Shown here: piece after piece, positions 9,409-23,602 of the stretch
How positions within the stretch are numbered: position 1 is the stretch's first letter
Layout: each line of letters begins with the position of its first letter
From: Mycobacterium sp.
GTDB taxonomy: Bacteria > Actinomycetota > Actinomycetes > Mycobacteriales > Mycobacteriaceae
Reading direction: 5' to 3'
NCBI GenBank assembly: GCA_039922455.1
Contig: JBDTEP010000122.1
Location: forward strand, 1-46,189
Length of the DNA: 46,189 nucleotides
Notes under the pieces: model-generated
What the model was told of the DNA's origin: nothing
Seen by the model: the letters and a program-made list of their open reading frames with translations, nothing else
Database searches by the model: none
Program-made: the position numbers and the translations under genes

Positions 9409-10681
9409 GTCGCGATCGCCTGCCCCCGCCCGGATCAGTCTGTTCGTGGGCAAGGGCGGGGTAGGCAAGTCCACACTGGCGGCGGCGACTGCCGTCACCG
9501 ATGCCCGCGCCGGTAACCGGGTGCTGCTGATCTCCACCGACCAGGCGCATTCGGTCGGCGATGTGCTCGGCGTGCAGGTGGTGCCCAGCGGTGCGGGCGA
9601 TCCCATCCCGGTGCTGCTCGACGACGACTTGGCGGGTGGCCGGCTTGATGTGCTGGCACTGGACACGCTCGCGTTGCTCGAGGCGCACTGGGGCGAGGTG
9701 GTCGATGTTTTGGCCGGGCGATTCCCGGAGTCAAATCTGGGTAATGTTGCTCCCGAAGAACTTTCGGCGCTGCCGGGGGTCCAGGAGGTACTCGGTCTGC
9801 ACGAGGTCGGGGAGTTGGCCGGCAGCGGGCGGTGGGACCGGATCATCGTCGACTGTGCGTCCACCGCCGATGCGATGCGGATGTTGACGTTGCCCGCCAC
9901 CGCCGCGCTCTATGCCGAGCGGTCCTGGCCGCGGCACCGCAGGCTCAGCGGGACCGACGATTCCCGGTCGACCGCGCTGGTCGAGCTGATCGAGCGGGTC
10001 AGCAGCGCCGCCGAACGACTTGCCGCGATGCTGACCGACGAGACGCTGGTCGGGGCGCACCTGGTGCTGACCGCCGAGCGCGTGGTGTCCGCCGAAGCCG
10101 TTCGGACCCTGGGATCGTTGGCCCTGACGGGTGTGCGCGTCGAAGAGTTGATCGTCAATCAGATTTTGTTGCAGGATGATTCGTACGTTTACACCAATCT
10201 GCCAGCCCATCCCGCTTTCGACTGGTATGCCGAACGGATCGGCGAACAGCGCATTGTCCTGCAGGAGTTGGACCGCGCCATCGGTGATGTGACGATGGTG
10301 CTGGTCCCGCACCTGGCGGGGGAGCCGATCGGTCCCAAGGCGCTGGGCGAACTGCTCGACGGCAGCCGCCGCCGGGACGGGTCGGCGCTGCCGGGGCCGG
10401 TGCGGCCGGTGGTCGACCGCGAGTCGGGTTCCGGACTGGGGGCGGTGTACCGATTGCGGCTAGAGTTACCGCAGGTCGATTCCGGCGCGCTCAGCCTGGG
10501 ACGGTCCGGTGACGAATTGATTGTCGGTGTCGGTGGCACCAGACGCCGGGTTCTGCTGGCGTCGGTGCTGCGGCGATGCACGGTAATGGACGCAACGCTA
10601 CGGGGCACCGAATTGACGGTGCGCTTCCGGCCGGATCCGGAGGTGTGGCCGGTTAGCAGTGATGAGGAGGCGCGACGTTGA
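9401..10681 (+). CDS. ArsA/Get3-family ATPase with C-terminal HSP20-like domain (Rv2184c homologue)
   Basis: GKGGVGKST deviant Walker A, STDQAHS; start probably CTG 9401 (see findings). Confidence 0.85.
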   Translation: MSESRSPAPARISLFVGKGGVGKSTLAAATAVTDARAGNRVLLISTDQAHSVGDVLGVQVVPSGAGDPIPVLLDDDLAGGRLDVLALDTLALLEAHWGEVVDVLAGRFPESNLGNVAPEELSALPGVQEVLGLHEVGELAGSGRWDRIIVDCASTADAMRMLTLPATAALYAERSWPRHRRLSGTDDSRSTALVELIERVSSAAERLAAMLTDETLVGAHLVLTAERVVSAEAVRTLGSLALTGVRVEELIVNQILLQDDSYVYTNLPAHPAFDWYAERIGEQRIVLQELDRAIGDVTMVLVPHLAGEPIGPKALGELLDGSRRRDGSALPGPVRPVVDRESGSGLGAVYRLRLELPQVDSGALSLGRSGDELIVGVGGTRRRVLLASVLRRCTVMDATLRGTELTVRFRPDPEVWPVSSDEEARR

Positions 10682-11052
10682 ACGCTGGCGCGCACCCCGA
10701 TCTGGGCGAGCTGGGCCCGGAGTTGCGCAAGCTCGCCCAGGCACTTCTGGACCGTCTCGACCCGGCGGTGCGGGCGGCGGCGATGCTGGCGGCAGCCGGT
10801 GATGGCCCGGGCAAGTGCCAGCAGGTGTGGTGTCCGGTGTGTGCGCTCGCAGCGTTGGTGTCCGGCGAGGAGCATCCGCTGCTCACCGTCGTCGCCGAGC
10901 ACAGCGTCGCGTTGTTCGAGGTGATCCGCGCCGTGATCGGTGAGACCGGCGGTCCGCCCAGCCCGCCTGACGGTCCGCCCACTGACCCGCCCGCCGGTGA
11001 CGCGTCGGCCGGGCCCGGTTACCAGCACATTTCGGTCACCGTCGAAAACTGA
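10678..11052 (+). CDS. Conserved hypothetical protein with WCPVC motif (Rv2183c homologue)
   Basis: CQQVWCPVCALAA; TTGA overlap with the upstream stop. Confidence 0.75.
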   Translation: MNAGAHPDLGELGPELRKLAQALLDRLDPAVRAAAMLAAAGDGPGKCQQVWCPVCALAALVSGEEHPLLTVVAEHSVALFEVIRAVIGETGGPPSPPDGPPTDPPAGDASAGPGYQHISVTVEN

Positions 11053-11164
11053 GGAATTCCGCCGAATCTCCGGTGTGATGAATCACCGTGTGGCCGTAGC
11101 CACGGCGGGTCGGTAATGTTGGCGCGAATACACACCGGATGTCCGCAGGCAGGAGGGAGGGGCC

Positions 11165-11899
11165 ATGTGGTACTGGCTGTTCAAGTACGTACTCCTAGGA
11201 CCCTTGCTCGCCCTGATCGGACGACCGAAAGTCGAGGGGATGGAGAACATCCCCGACCACGGTGCGGTGATCCTGGCCAGTAATCACCTGGCGGTGATGG
11301 ACAGCTTCTACCTCTGTTTGGTGACGCGGCGCCGGGTCACCTTCCTGGCCAAGTCGGAGTACTTCACCGGCACCGGGATCAAGGGCTGGTTCACCCGCTG
11401 GTTCTATACCGCCGCCGGGCAGGTCCCGATCGACCGCAACGATTCCGATGCCGCGCAGGCCGCGCTGAGCACCGCCGAGCGGATTCTGTCCGCCGGCAAG
11501 CTGCTGGGCATCTACCCCGAGGGCACCCGCTCACCGGACGGCCGGTTGTACAAGGGCAAGACCGGCCTGGCTCGGCTGGCGCTGCACACCGGTGTCCCGG
11601 TCGTCCCGGTCGTCATGAGTGGAACCGATGTCGTGAACCCGCCGGGCACCAAGATGCTGCGGTTCGGCCGGATCACGGTCCGGTTCGGCAAGCCGATGGA
11701 CTTCTCCCGCTTCGACGGGATGGCTGACAATCGCTTCATCGAGCGCGCCGTCACCGACGAGGTAATCTACGAGCTGATGCGGCTGTCCGGGCAGGAATAC
11801 GTCGACATCTACGCGGCCAGCGTCAAAAATGGTGTCCCGCAACAAGTCGGGACAGCAGGTCAGCCGGTCGCCCGATTTCCGGAGACCGCGGCGGGTTGA
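11165..11899 (+). CDS. 1-acyl-glycerol-3-phosphate acyltransferase (PlsC family, Rv2182c homologue)
   Basis: NHLAVMD (HxxxxD), FLAK, YPEGTRS; strong GGAGG SD. Confidence 0.92.
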   Translation: MWYWLFKYVLLGPLLALIGRPKVEGMENIPDHGAVILASNHLAVMDSFYLCLVTRRRVTFLAKSEYFTGTGIKGWFTRWFYTAAGQVPIDRNDSDAAQAALSTAERILSAGKLLGIYPEGTRSPDGRLYKGKTGLARLALHTGVPVVPVVMSGTDVVNPPGTKMLRFGRITVRFGKPMDFSRFDGMADNRFIERAVTDEVIYELMRLSGQEYVDIYAASVKNGVPQQVGTAGQPVARFPETAAG

Positions 11900-13158
11900 T
11901 CCGGGGACCCCGGGATCTTCGGGGTGATAGCGCCGCCGGGTTTGAGCGTCGCGCCGGCTGTGAGGATCACCGCCAGCGCCCACCAGACGTACGACATCCC
12001 GGCCAGCTGACGCCACCACACCGCGCCCGCCTCGTGGTGCTCGGGAAGTAAGTCGATCGGACTGCGCATCATCAGCGCCACGCCCACCGCGCTGAGTACG
12101 CCCAGCACGACCCCCCGGTGTCGATACCCCACCACGCCGGTCACCACCACGGTCGGCAGCATCCACACCCAGTGGTGTGACCACGACACCGGCGACACCA
12201 CCAGCCCGAACAGCGCCACGGTGATCAGTGCCAGGATCGGCTCCCCGGCGTGCAACACCCGGCGGACAGCCCACACCGTCAGCGCCAGTACCAGCAGGCA
12301 ACCCGCCGCCCACAACACGGAGCGCTGAAATTCACTCAGCGGCAGCCGAGCCAGCGCCCCGGCCAGATTCTGGTTGGTGTTCAGCGTGGCCCCGCCGATG
12401 CGGTCGGTGTTGTGGACGGTGTGCGTCCAGTACTGCCAGGAGTCACTCCAGGCCAGTGCGAAGCCCACCATGGTCGCCGCCAGGAACGACGCCGCCGTGG
12501 TCACCGCGGCGCGCACGTCGCGGCGTAACAGGAAGTACAGCAGGAACACTGCCGGGGTCAGCTTCAGCGCCACCGCAACCCCCAGCAGCGCGCCGCGCGG
12601 CCAGCAGGTCCGGCGCGACACACAGTCGGCGATCACCAGCGTCATCAGCACCGCGTTGACCTGGCCGAAGTCAAAGTTGGCCCAGATCGGCTCGGCGCCG
12701 AACCAGATGGCCGTCGCGACGATAGCCGCAGCCACGACACCCCGGCGCCACCAGGCCGGGCCGCACCCGCGGGCGACGTCGACTCCCAGGCCGGTGAGCA
12801 CGATGGTGATCGACACCACCAGCAGCAGCGTCGAGATAATCGTCAGAGCGGCGGTGGCGGTACCCAGCGACACCCAGGTAAGGGGGGCGAACAACACGGC
12901 GGCGATCGGGGGATAGGTGAACGGAAGGACCGTTCCGTCGATCTGGGTGTGGAACCAGTCGTCGCCGTAGAGCGGCCGTCCGTCACGCCACGCCTGCGCG
13001 GCCATCCGGTAGACGTCGACGTCGATGTGGTACGGCGTGCTGCCGAGTGCCCGCCACGTGGTGTAGCCCAGCGCTGCGATCGCCAGCAGGACGAAAATCC
13101 ACCAAAGGGCGGCGTCCCCGTGCCGACGGCCCGGGTCGGTCGGCGGCGATGTAGTCAT
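11860..13158 (-). CDS. mptC: GT87 alpha-1,2-mannosyltransferase (Rv2181/MptC homologue)
   Basis: [24 protein letters not shown]; polytopic membrane protein; start placed at ATG 13158. Confidence 0.85.
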   Translation of the reverse strand: MTTSPPTDPGRRHGDAALWWIFVLLAIAALGYTTWRALGSTPYHIDVDVYRMAAQAWRDGRPLYGDDWFHTQIDGTVLPFTYPPIAAVLFAPLTWVSLGTATAALTIISTLLLVVSITIVLTGLGVDVARGCGPAWWRRGVVAAAIVATAIWFGAEPIWANFDFGQVNAVLMTLVIADCVSRRTCWPRGALLGVAVALKLTPAVFLLYFLLRRDVRAAVTTAASFLAATMVGFALAWSDSWQYWTHTVHNTDRIGGATLNTNQNLAGALARLPLSEFQRSVLWAAGCLLVLALTVWAVRRVLHAGEPILALITVALFGLVVSPVSWSHHWVWMLPTVVVTGVVGYRHRGVVLGVLSAVGVALMMRSPIDLLPEHHEAGAVWWRQLAGMSYVWWALAVILTAGATLKPGGAITPKIPGSPDQPAAVSGNRATG

Positions 13159-13251
13159 GTCGCAGCACAGCTTATCGGGTGGCTTCGTTTTATCGGTCCA
13201 TACCTGTGGCGGTCCGGCCGTGATGCGCCGCGAGGGCGTACGTTCTCTAAG

Positions 13252-14255
13252 GTGCTGGAATGGTTCCGCGACGACATCGTCGACAGCGGGAGACTGCCGT
13301 TGTTGTGCTGCCTGCTCGCGTTCCTGGCGACGTTTTTGGTGACCCGCACGGTGGTGCGCTACATCCGCAGTCATGCCGACCGCGTCGGCACCCCCCGGTG
13401 GTGGCAGCCGCGCAACGTGAGCATCGGGTCGCATCACATCCACCACGTGGTCTTCGGGGTCGTGCTGGTGATGATCTCCGGGGTGACCCTGGTGGCTCTG
13501 GGCGCCGAGGGGCATGAGCCGCAGTTCTCCCTTGCAGCGACCGGCTTCGGGATCGGGGCGGCGTTGGTGCTCGACGAGTACGCGCTGATCCTGCACTTGT
13601 CCGACGTGTACTGGGAGGAGGACGGGCGCACCTCTGTGGACGCCGTGTTCGCCGCCACCGCGGTGACCGGCCTGCTGGTGCTGGGCTTTCACCCGTTGAC
13701 ATTTCTGGTGTCGACAACGCATGACACCTCCTCGCCGCTGATCCGCGCCGGGGTGTTCGCCGGCCTGGTGATGGCGTTGCCGCTGGGAGTGATGGTGCTG
13801 TTGAAGGGCAAGGTGTGGACCGGGTTGATCGGGATGTTCTTTTTCCCGCTGCTGGTGGTCGGTGCCGTTCGGCTGTCCAGGCCGCATGCGCCCTGGGCCC
13901 GCTGGCGCTATTTGTCCCACCACGAGCGGCTGCGCCGCGCGCTGCAACGGGAACGTCGACTACGGCGCCCGGTGGTGCAGGCCAAGCTGTGGCTGCAGGA
14001 CGCCGTGGCGGGCCGCCCCCAGCTGCCTGACGACCGGGTCGTCGATGCCAAACTCGATGAAGAGGTGCGGTCGGCGTCCGCGCCGACGGTGCAGTTCATG
14101 GTCGTACGGCCGCGGGTTCCTCCCAGTGGCGCCCCGGCCAGGCTGGTGCCCGGCGGGCGAGCCCCGGCCAGAGCGGTGCCCAACCGTGCGGTCGCCGAAG
14201 CGTCGGCGCCGACCAGGCCCTTCGTGGCCCCACCGCTGCGCAGACCGGGCGGGCG

Positions 14256-14259
<4 letters not shown>
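13252..14259 (+). CDS. Integral membrane protein (Rv2180c homologue)
   Basis: [24 protein letters not shown]; TACGTT -10 box 7 nt before GTG; Pro/Arg-rich tail. Confidence 0.8.
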
Positions 14260-17354
<3,095 letters not shown>

Positions 17355-17406
17355 CTGGTCATGGTAGGTGGATGGGCGGCCGGCCCGGCGGTTCTAAACT
17401 CATGTC

Positions 17407-17811
17407 GTGAGTAGCATTCCAGCCGCCGAAGACGTCCTCGAGTCCGACGAACCGACTTTCGACCTGCCCCGGGTAGCCGAACTACTCGAGGTGCCCGTCA
17501 CCAAGGTGCACCAAGATCTGCGTGACAACCAACTGATCGCGGTGCGGCGTGCCGGTGTGCTGGTGGTCCCGCAGGTGTTCTTCACCGACCACGGGGACGT
17601 CGTGAAAAGCCTGCCGGGGTTGCTGGCCGTCCTGTACGACGGGGGGTACGGCCCGACCGACGTGATGCGATGGCTGTTCACCCCGGACCCGTCGCTGTCG
17701 TTGACCCGCGACGGTGTGCGGGAGTCGGTCGCCGGCGCCCGCCCGGTCGACGCACTGCACGCCCATCAGGCCCGTGAGGTGATGCGCCGGGCGCAAGCCA
17801 TGGGGTACTGA
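17407..17811 (+). CDS. Rv2175c-family winged-helix DNA-binding protein (PknL substrate in M. tuberculosis)
   Basis: LPGLLAVLYDGGY..WLFTPD..RRAQAM; TAAACT 6 nt before GTG. Confidence 0.85.
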   Translation: MSSIPAAEDVLESDEPTFDLPRVAELLEVPVTKVHQDLRDNQLIAVRRAGVLVVPQVFFTDHGDVVKSLPGLLAVLYDGGYGPTDVMRWLFTPDPSLSLTRDGVRESVAGARPVDALHAHQAREVMRRAQAMGY

Positions 17812-17823
17812 CCTCAGGAAGCG

Positions 17824-19305
17824 TCAGGCGGCGGCTGGGAGCGCCGGTGTCTTCGACAGCCGGTACCAGGCGAACACTGCGCAGCCCGTTGCGCCGATCA
17901 CATGCAGCCAGGAATACATGCCGTGCGAGCCGTCGGGTTTGAAGATCACCATGATCCAGGTCGAGGCCGCGGCGATCCCGGCGATCGCCGTCGGTGAGCG
18001 AACCACCGTGGCCGCTACCGCCAACGGCCAGGTGTAGTACCAGGGCAGTGCGGCGGGCACGAACAGCACCACCACCAGCATGGCCCGGGCGATCCCGGAC
18101 ACCGCCGCGCGATCGTCGCGGCGCGACCGCCACCACAGCAGTGGTAGCACCAGCGCGATCACCGCGATGCCGGTGATGCGGGTGATGTGCAGCACCGCGT
18201 AGAAGTTGACCGGCGCGAATACTCCCAGGGCAGCGTGGATCAGGTTGGCGGCCGCGGTCGGCACGGTGAGCCAGTTGATGATCTTGACGTTGCCGGCCAG
18301 CAGTGCGGTCAGCCAGCCCATGCCGACATCGGCCAGGGCTGAGAGCACCGCGAACACGACGACGACGATCACCGCGGAAAAAGAAGTTGCCGCCGCGAAC
18401 GCCTTCGCCGGCGGGTAGCCGCGTTGTTCGCGCAGGCGGCGCATCCACACCCACACCAGAAACGGCAAGGCTATTACGGCCGTGGCCTTTACCGCCGCCG
18501 CCAGTGCCACCAGCATGACCCCCGTCAGGTGACGGCGTTCCAGGGTCAATGCGATCCCGGCGATCAGCAAGCCGACCATCAGCATCTCGTTGTGGACCCC
18601 ACCCATCAGGTGGATGATCACCAGCGGGTTGAGCACCGCGAGGTACAGCGCCGCCGGGGCGCTGCCCCCGACGCGGCGGGCCACCCGTGGCGCGGCCCAG
18701 ATCAGAAGCGCCAGGCCCGGCAACATGCACAACCGCAGCACCATGGTGCCGACCACCACGTTGTTGCCCACCAGCATCGTGACGAGTTTGGCGATCAGGA
18801 TGAACGCCGGACCATAGGGTGCCGTCGTCGCCGCCCAGATCGGGCTGACGTCGTCGAGCAGCGGGTTGAGGTTGTCGACCGGGCCGACCCGGTAGGGGTC
18901 GAAACCGTCCCGCAGCAGGGCGCCCTGGGCCAAGTAGGAGTAGGTGTCGCGGCTGAACACCGGAACCGACAGCAGCAGCGGTGCCAGCCAGAAGCCGGTG
19001 GTGGCTATCAGCGTGTATTCGGTGACAGTACCGTCGATCACCCGCCGGCCCAGGCCGAGCCAGGCCACCAGCATCACCGCGACGCCGGCCCACAACAACA
19101 CCGACGACAGCACCAGACCGTGACCGAAGCGCAGCCAGGACAGGTGCAGCGACTCCAGCACCGGGTCCTGGATCCGGGTGCTGCCGGCACCGAGTCCACC
19201 CACGGTGATCAACATCGCGCCCAGGCAGCCGAGCCACGCCGCCCCGGCCTGCTCGCTGGCGGCGAACCGGCGCAGCCGGGACCGGATTTCGGTGGGGGTA
19301 GACAT
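17824..19305 (-). CDS. mptA: Alpha-1,6-mannopyranosyltransferase A
   Basis: FSRDTYSYLAQG, TAPYGP, GGVHNE, ALPWYY; synteny with Rv2174. Confidence 0.9.
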   Translation of the reverse strand: MSTPTEIRSRLRRFAASEQAGAAWLGCLGAMLITVGGLGAGSTRIQDPVLESLHLSWLRFGHGLVLSSVLLWAGVAVMLVAWLGLGRRVIDGTVTEYTLIATTGFWLAPLLLSVPVFSRDTYSYLAQGALLRDGFDPYRVGPVDNLNPLLDDVSPIWAATTAPYGPAFILIAKLVTMLVGNNVVVGTMVLRLCMLPGLALLIWAAPRVARRVGGSAPAALYLAVLNPLVIIHLMGGVHNEMLMVGLLIAGIALTLERRHLTGVMLVALAAAVKATAVIALPFLVWVWMRRLREQRGYPPAKAFAAATSFSAVIVVVVFAVLSALADVGMGWLTALLAGNVKIINWLTVPTAAANLIHAALGVFAPVNFYAVLHITRITGIAVIALVLPLLWWRSRRDDRAAVSGIARAMLVVVLFVPAALPWYYTWPLAVAATVVRSPTAIAGIAAASTWIMVIFKPDGSHGMYSWLHVIGATGCAVFAWYRLSKTPALPAAA

Positions 19306-19321
19306 AGACACTCCGGGGCGG

Positions 19322-20548
<1,227 letters not shown>

Positions 20549-20567
20549 TCAGCGCCGGTTGCTTCGA

Positions 20568-20679
20568 TAGGCTCAGGGTCTTGCGGGCGTGTCGGCGGCG
20601 TTGCCGCCCCAGCTCGACGAAGAGAGCCGGGGGTCCCGCCCGAGCGGCAACTCGACCACCTTCGACCAGGAGCAACCTC
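20568..20679 (+). promoter_or_regulatory. Promoter (TAGGCT) and ~100-nt structured 5' leader of MTHFR, candidate cis-regulatory RNA
   Basis: Complementary blocks GTTGCCGC/GCGGCAAC, CGGGCG/CGCCCG, GTCG/CGAC and an inner CCCCAGCTC/GAGCCGGGG hairpin. Confidence 0.45.
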
Positions 20680-21573
20680 GTGACCTTGAACACCGTCGCA
20701 CTCGAACTCGTCCCGCCGAACCTGGACCGCGAGCCCGAGCAGACGATCGAGGAGGCACACAAGGTTCTGCGGTTTGCGGCCGAGTCGGGCATCGAAGGCC
20801 AGATCCGGCACATTCTGATGCCCGGGATGATCGCCGAGGAGGACGACCGCCCGATCGAGATGAAGCCCAAGCTCGACGTGCTGGACTTCTGGAAGGGCAT
20901 CAAACCGGAGCTGCCGACCATGGCCGGGTTGTGCACCCAGGTCACCGCGTTCTCTGACGAACCGGCGCTGCGGGGCCGGCTCAATGATCTGACGGCCGCC
21001 GGCATCGAGGGTGTCGTCTTCGTCGGAGTGCCCCGCACGATGGCCGACGGTGAGGGTTCGGGCGTGCCACCCACCGATGCGCTGGCGACCTTCCGGGCAG
21101 AGGTGCCCAACCGTGGCGTCATCCTGATCCCCACCCGTGCCGACGAGATCGGCCGGTTTGACTTCAAGTGCGACCGCGGTGCGACGTTCGGACTGACCCA
21201 GCTGCTGTACTCCGACGCGATCGTGCCGTTCTTGACCGAGTTCGCGCAGCACAGCGACGTACGCCCGGAGATCTTGCTGTCGTTCGGCTTCGTGCCGACG
21301 TTCGAGACCAGGGTCGGCCTGATCAACTGGCTGATCCAGGATCCCGGCAACGCGGCGGTGGCCGACGAGCAGGCCTTCGTCAAGACACTCGCCGGCAGTG
21401 AACCCGAGCAGCGACGCAAACTGATGCTCGATCTGTACAAGCGGGTGATCGACGGTGTCGTTGATCTCGGCTTCCCGCTGAGTATTCATCTGGAGGCCAC
21501 CTACGGGGTGTCCGGGGCGGCGTTCACCACTTTCGCGCAGATGCTCGACTACTGGTCGCCGCCGGCGCGCTGA
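20680..21573 (+). CDS. Mycobacterial-type methylenetetrahydrofolate reductase (Rv2172c homologue)
   Basis: MTLNTVALELVPP..PGMIAEEDDRP..TQLLYSD..LLSFGFVP; AGGAG SD; synteny. Confidence 0.85.
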   Translation: MTLNTVALELVPPNLDREPEQTIEEAHKVLRFAAESGIEGQIRHILMPGMIAEEDDRPIEMKPKLDVLDFWKGIKPELPTMAGLCTQVTAFSDEPALRGRLNDLTAAGIEGVVFVGVPRTMADGEGSGVPPTDALATFRAEVPNRGVILIPTRADEIGRFDFKCDRGATFGLTQLLYSDAIVPFLTEFAQHSDVRPEILLSFGFVPTFETRVGLINWLIQDPGNAAVADEQAFVKTLAGSEPEQRRKLMLDLYKRVIDGVVDLGFPLSIHLEATYGVSGAAFTTFAQMLDYWSPPAR

Positions 21574-22283
21574 GTCGGGGCGCCCAAGCGGGGTGAGCGG
21601 TCCCGGCCGAGCCAGGCGATCAGCGACACCAATCCGGCGGCGGCGAACGTCGACAGGGCCAGCCACATGGCGGCGCGGGCGAAGGATCGAGTGCTGGGAT
21701 CGGTGTAGCGGGCCTGCGCGGTCATGGTGCTCACCACTCCCGGCTTGAGTCGCCATTGCACCAAATCGGCGCCGATGCGCTCACCGTTGGTAGAGGTCAC
21801 CTCGCCGGGGAACGCGACGGTCAATTGGACGTCGGCTTCCGGGTCGCTGAGCGAGGTGAGGTCCACCCGGCCTTCCAGGATCACCACGTTGCCGGCGCGA
21901 CGCAGCGCGAGGTTCACCCCGGCCGCGTCACGATTCATCTCGGCCAGCTGCGGTAGTTCGGCGAAGGTCAGGTCGGAGAACACCGCCTGGGAGCCGACGT
22001 AGCCGTCCCTGTTATAGCTGGAGATCGCGATCTTCTGGGCGAACGGTAGGTCGGCGCTGAGCTTGGGGCCGGTGTCGTTGTCGTTGCGCGGTACGGCCGC
22101 CGCGATGATCTGGCCCGAAACCTGGTCGTTGGGGGAGATGGTGATGGTGGCCTTGATGCGCACGCAGCCGACCATGAGCGGCGCCGCGATCAGCACCAGC
22201 GCGGCCAGGGCCAGCAGTCGGCGGGATGCGGTAAACCGTCGAACAGGGCGTCGGAAAGACGGTAGTGAGCGCCGAACATGCAC
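21549..22283 (-). CDS. lppM: Lipoprotein LppM (DUF3153)
   Basis: Lipobox-like LMVGC, TISPNDQVSG, VAFPGEVTSTNG, C-terminal TM helix. Confidence 0.85.
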   Translation of the reverse strand: MHVRRSLPSFRRPVRRFTASRRLLALAALVLIAAPLMVGCVRIKATITISPNDQVSGQIIAAAVPRNDNDTGPKLSADLPFAQKIAISSYNRDGYVGSQAVFSDLTFAELPQLAEMNRDAAGVNLALRRAGNVVILEGRVDLTSLSDPEADVQLTVAFPGEVTSTNGERIGADLVQWRLKPGVVSTMTAQARYTDPSTRSFARAAMWLALSTFAAAGLVSLIAWLGRDRSPRLGAPTQRAGGDQ

Positions 22284-22287
22284 GACA

Positions 22288-22914
22288 TCATCGTGCCAGA
22301 CCCGACGGTCCGTGTGCTGACGACGTGGCGCATGGCTGTTCCAACGGCAGCATTCGGCCCAGGATGGCGAACGGCCGCGGGTCGCCGGCGAAGTGGTGGC
22401 CGCGGATAACGTCGCTGAAACCCAGCCTGCGGTACAGCCGCCAGGCGCGGTTTCCTTCGCCGCTGATCTCCGGTGTCGAGAGCAGCACGTTGGCCTCCGG
22501 GCGCCCGGTAAGCAATCGCCGTGCCAGCGCCTCGCCCAGGCCGTTGCCCTGCGCGTGCGGCAGCACGTGCAACTCGGTCAGCTCGAAGTAGCTGGTCATC
22601 AGGCTCATGATGTCGGGGCGGGGCAGGCCGCGGCGCTGCAAGCCCAGCACCACCTGCTGTTGCCACCACTGGTCGGGCGCTCCGCAGTAGCCGTAGGCCA
22701 CCCCCAGGAGCTCAGCACCGCTTTCCCCTCCGTCTCGGCTTTCCAACGCGGCCACCGCTTGCCAACCACGGCGGCGGGTGTGATCCAGCCACATCGAGGC
22801 ACGGTGGTTCTCGGTGCCCGGCGGGTAACCCATCGCGGTGACATACACCCGTAGTGCCTCACCGAGGCGGTCCGCCATCTCGTGCGCCGGCAGGTCGATG
22901 AGCAATGTCGCCAA
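22288..22914 (-). CDS. GNAT N-acetyltransferase (Rv2170 homologue)
   Basis: ELHVLPHAQGNGLG, LLSTPE, LYRRLGF, FAGDPRPF; TTG start with GAGAGGA SD. Confidence 0.88.
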   Translation of the reverse strand: MATLLIDLPAHEMADRLGEALRVYVTAMGYPPGTENHRASMWLDHTRRRGWQAVAALESRDGGESGAELLGVAYGYCGAPDQWWQQQVVLGLQRRGLPRPDIMSLMTSYFELTELHVLPHAQGNGLGEALARRLLTGRPEANVLLSTPEISGEGNRAWRLYRRLGFSDVIRGHHFAGDPRPFAILGRMLPLEQPCATSSAHGPSGLAR

Positions 22915-23147
22915 CGTGCAGGGTCCTCTCCCGGTCGGTGGTGGGGCGCGGTGCACCCATTATCCGGCTTTCGGTCGTGTGGACGTCGGCGGTTGTCGAT
23001 TGGCGCCGTCGGACCGCGGTTACAATCAGCTGAGGAAGCCTGTGGTACGGCGCAGGTCGACCTCGTATTATCAGTGTTAGTTGCTCGCGCGAGTCGGTAT
23101 CCTCGCACTGGGCAGTTATGTCATCGGCCGTCGGCAAGGAGGGACGC

Positions 23148-23552
23148 ATGCCACTCTCCGATCATGAGCAGCGCATGCTCGATGAGATCGAGAATGCCCT
23201 CTACGCGGAGGATCCCAAGTTCGCGTCCAGCGTTCGCGGTGGAGCGCTGCGGACTCCCACCACCCGGCGGCGGGTGCAGGGCATGGCGTTGTTCGTGGTG
23301 GGCCTGTTGATGCTGGTCTCGGGCATTCCGTTCTACGCGACGACGGCCAACCTCGGGTTTCTGATTCTGAGCGTGCTGGGATTCGTGGTCATGTTCGGCG
23401 GGGTGGTGTTCGCCATCACCGGGAACCACGCCGCCGCGGTGCGCGATGGTGTGCTGAAGGCGGGCGGCAGTACGCAGAGTCGGGTCAAGGGCGGCAGCGG
23501 CACCTTCGCCAGCCGCATGGAGGACCGGTTCCGCCGCAGATTCGAGCAGTAG
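23148..23552 (+). CDS. DUF3040 membrane protein (Rv2169c homologue)
   Basis: MPLSDHEQRMLDEIENALYAEDPKF, two TM helices, RMEDRFRRRF. Confidence 0.9.
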   Translation: MPLSDHEQRMLDEIENALYAEDPKFASSVRGGALRTPTTRRRVQGMALFVVGLLMLVSGIPFYATTANLGFLILSVLGFVVMFGGVVFAITGNHAAAVRDGVLKAGGSTQSRVKGGSGTFASRMEDRFRRRFEQ

Positions 23553-23570
23553 CGGCACGTTTGATGTAAC

Positions 23571-23596
23571 AGGGCAGCCGATCGGCTGCCCTTTTT
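23571..23596 (+). terminator. Intrinsic terminator
   Basis: Perfect palindrome AGGGCAGCCGATCGGCTGCCCT followed by TTTT. Confidence 0.85.
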
Positions 23597-23602
23597 CATG
23601 TG

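Noticed and set aside
13159-13947. N-terminal extension of the 695-aa ORF that suggests an mptC fusion
   Set aside because: It is antisense to the Rv2180c-like gene; the GT87 sequence begins at ATG 13158 after a TAAGCT box.
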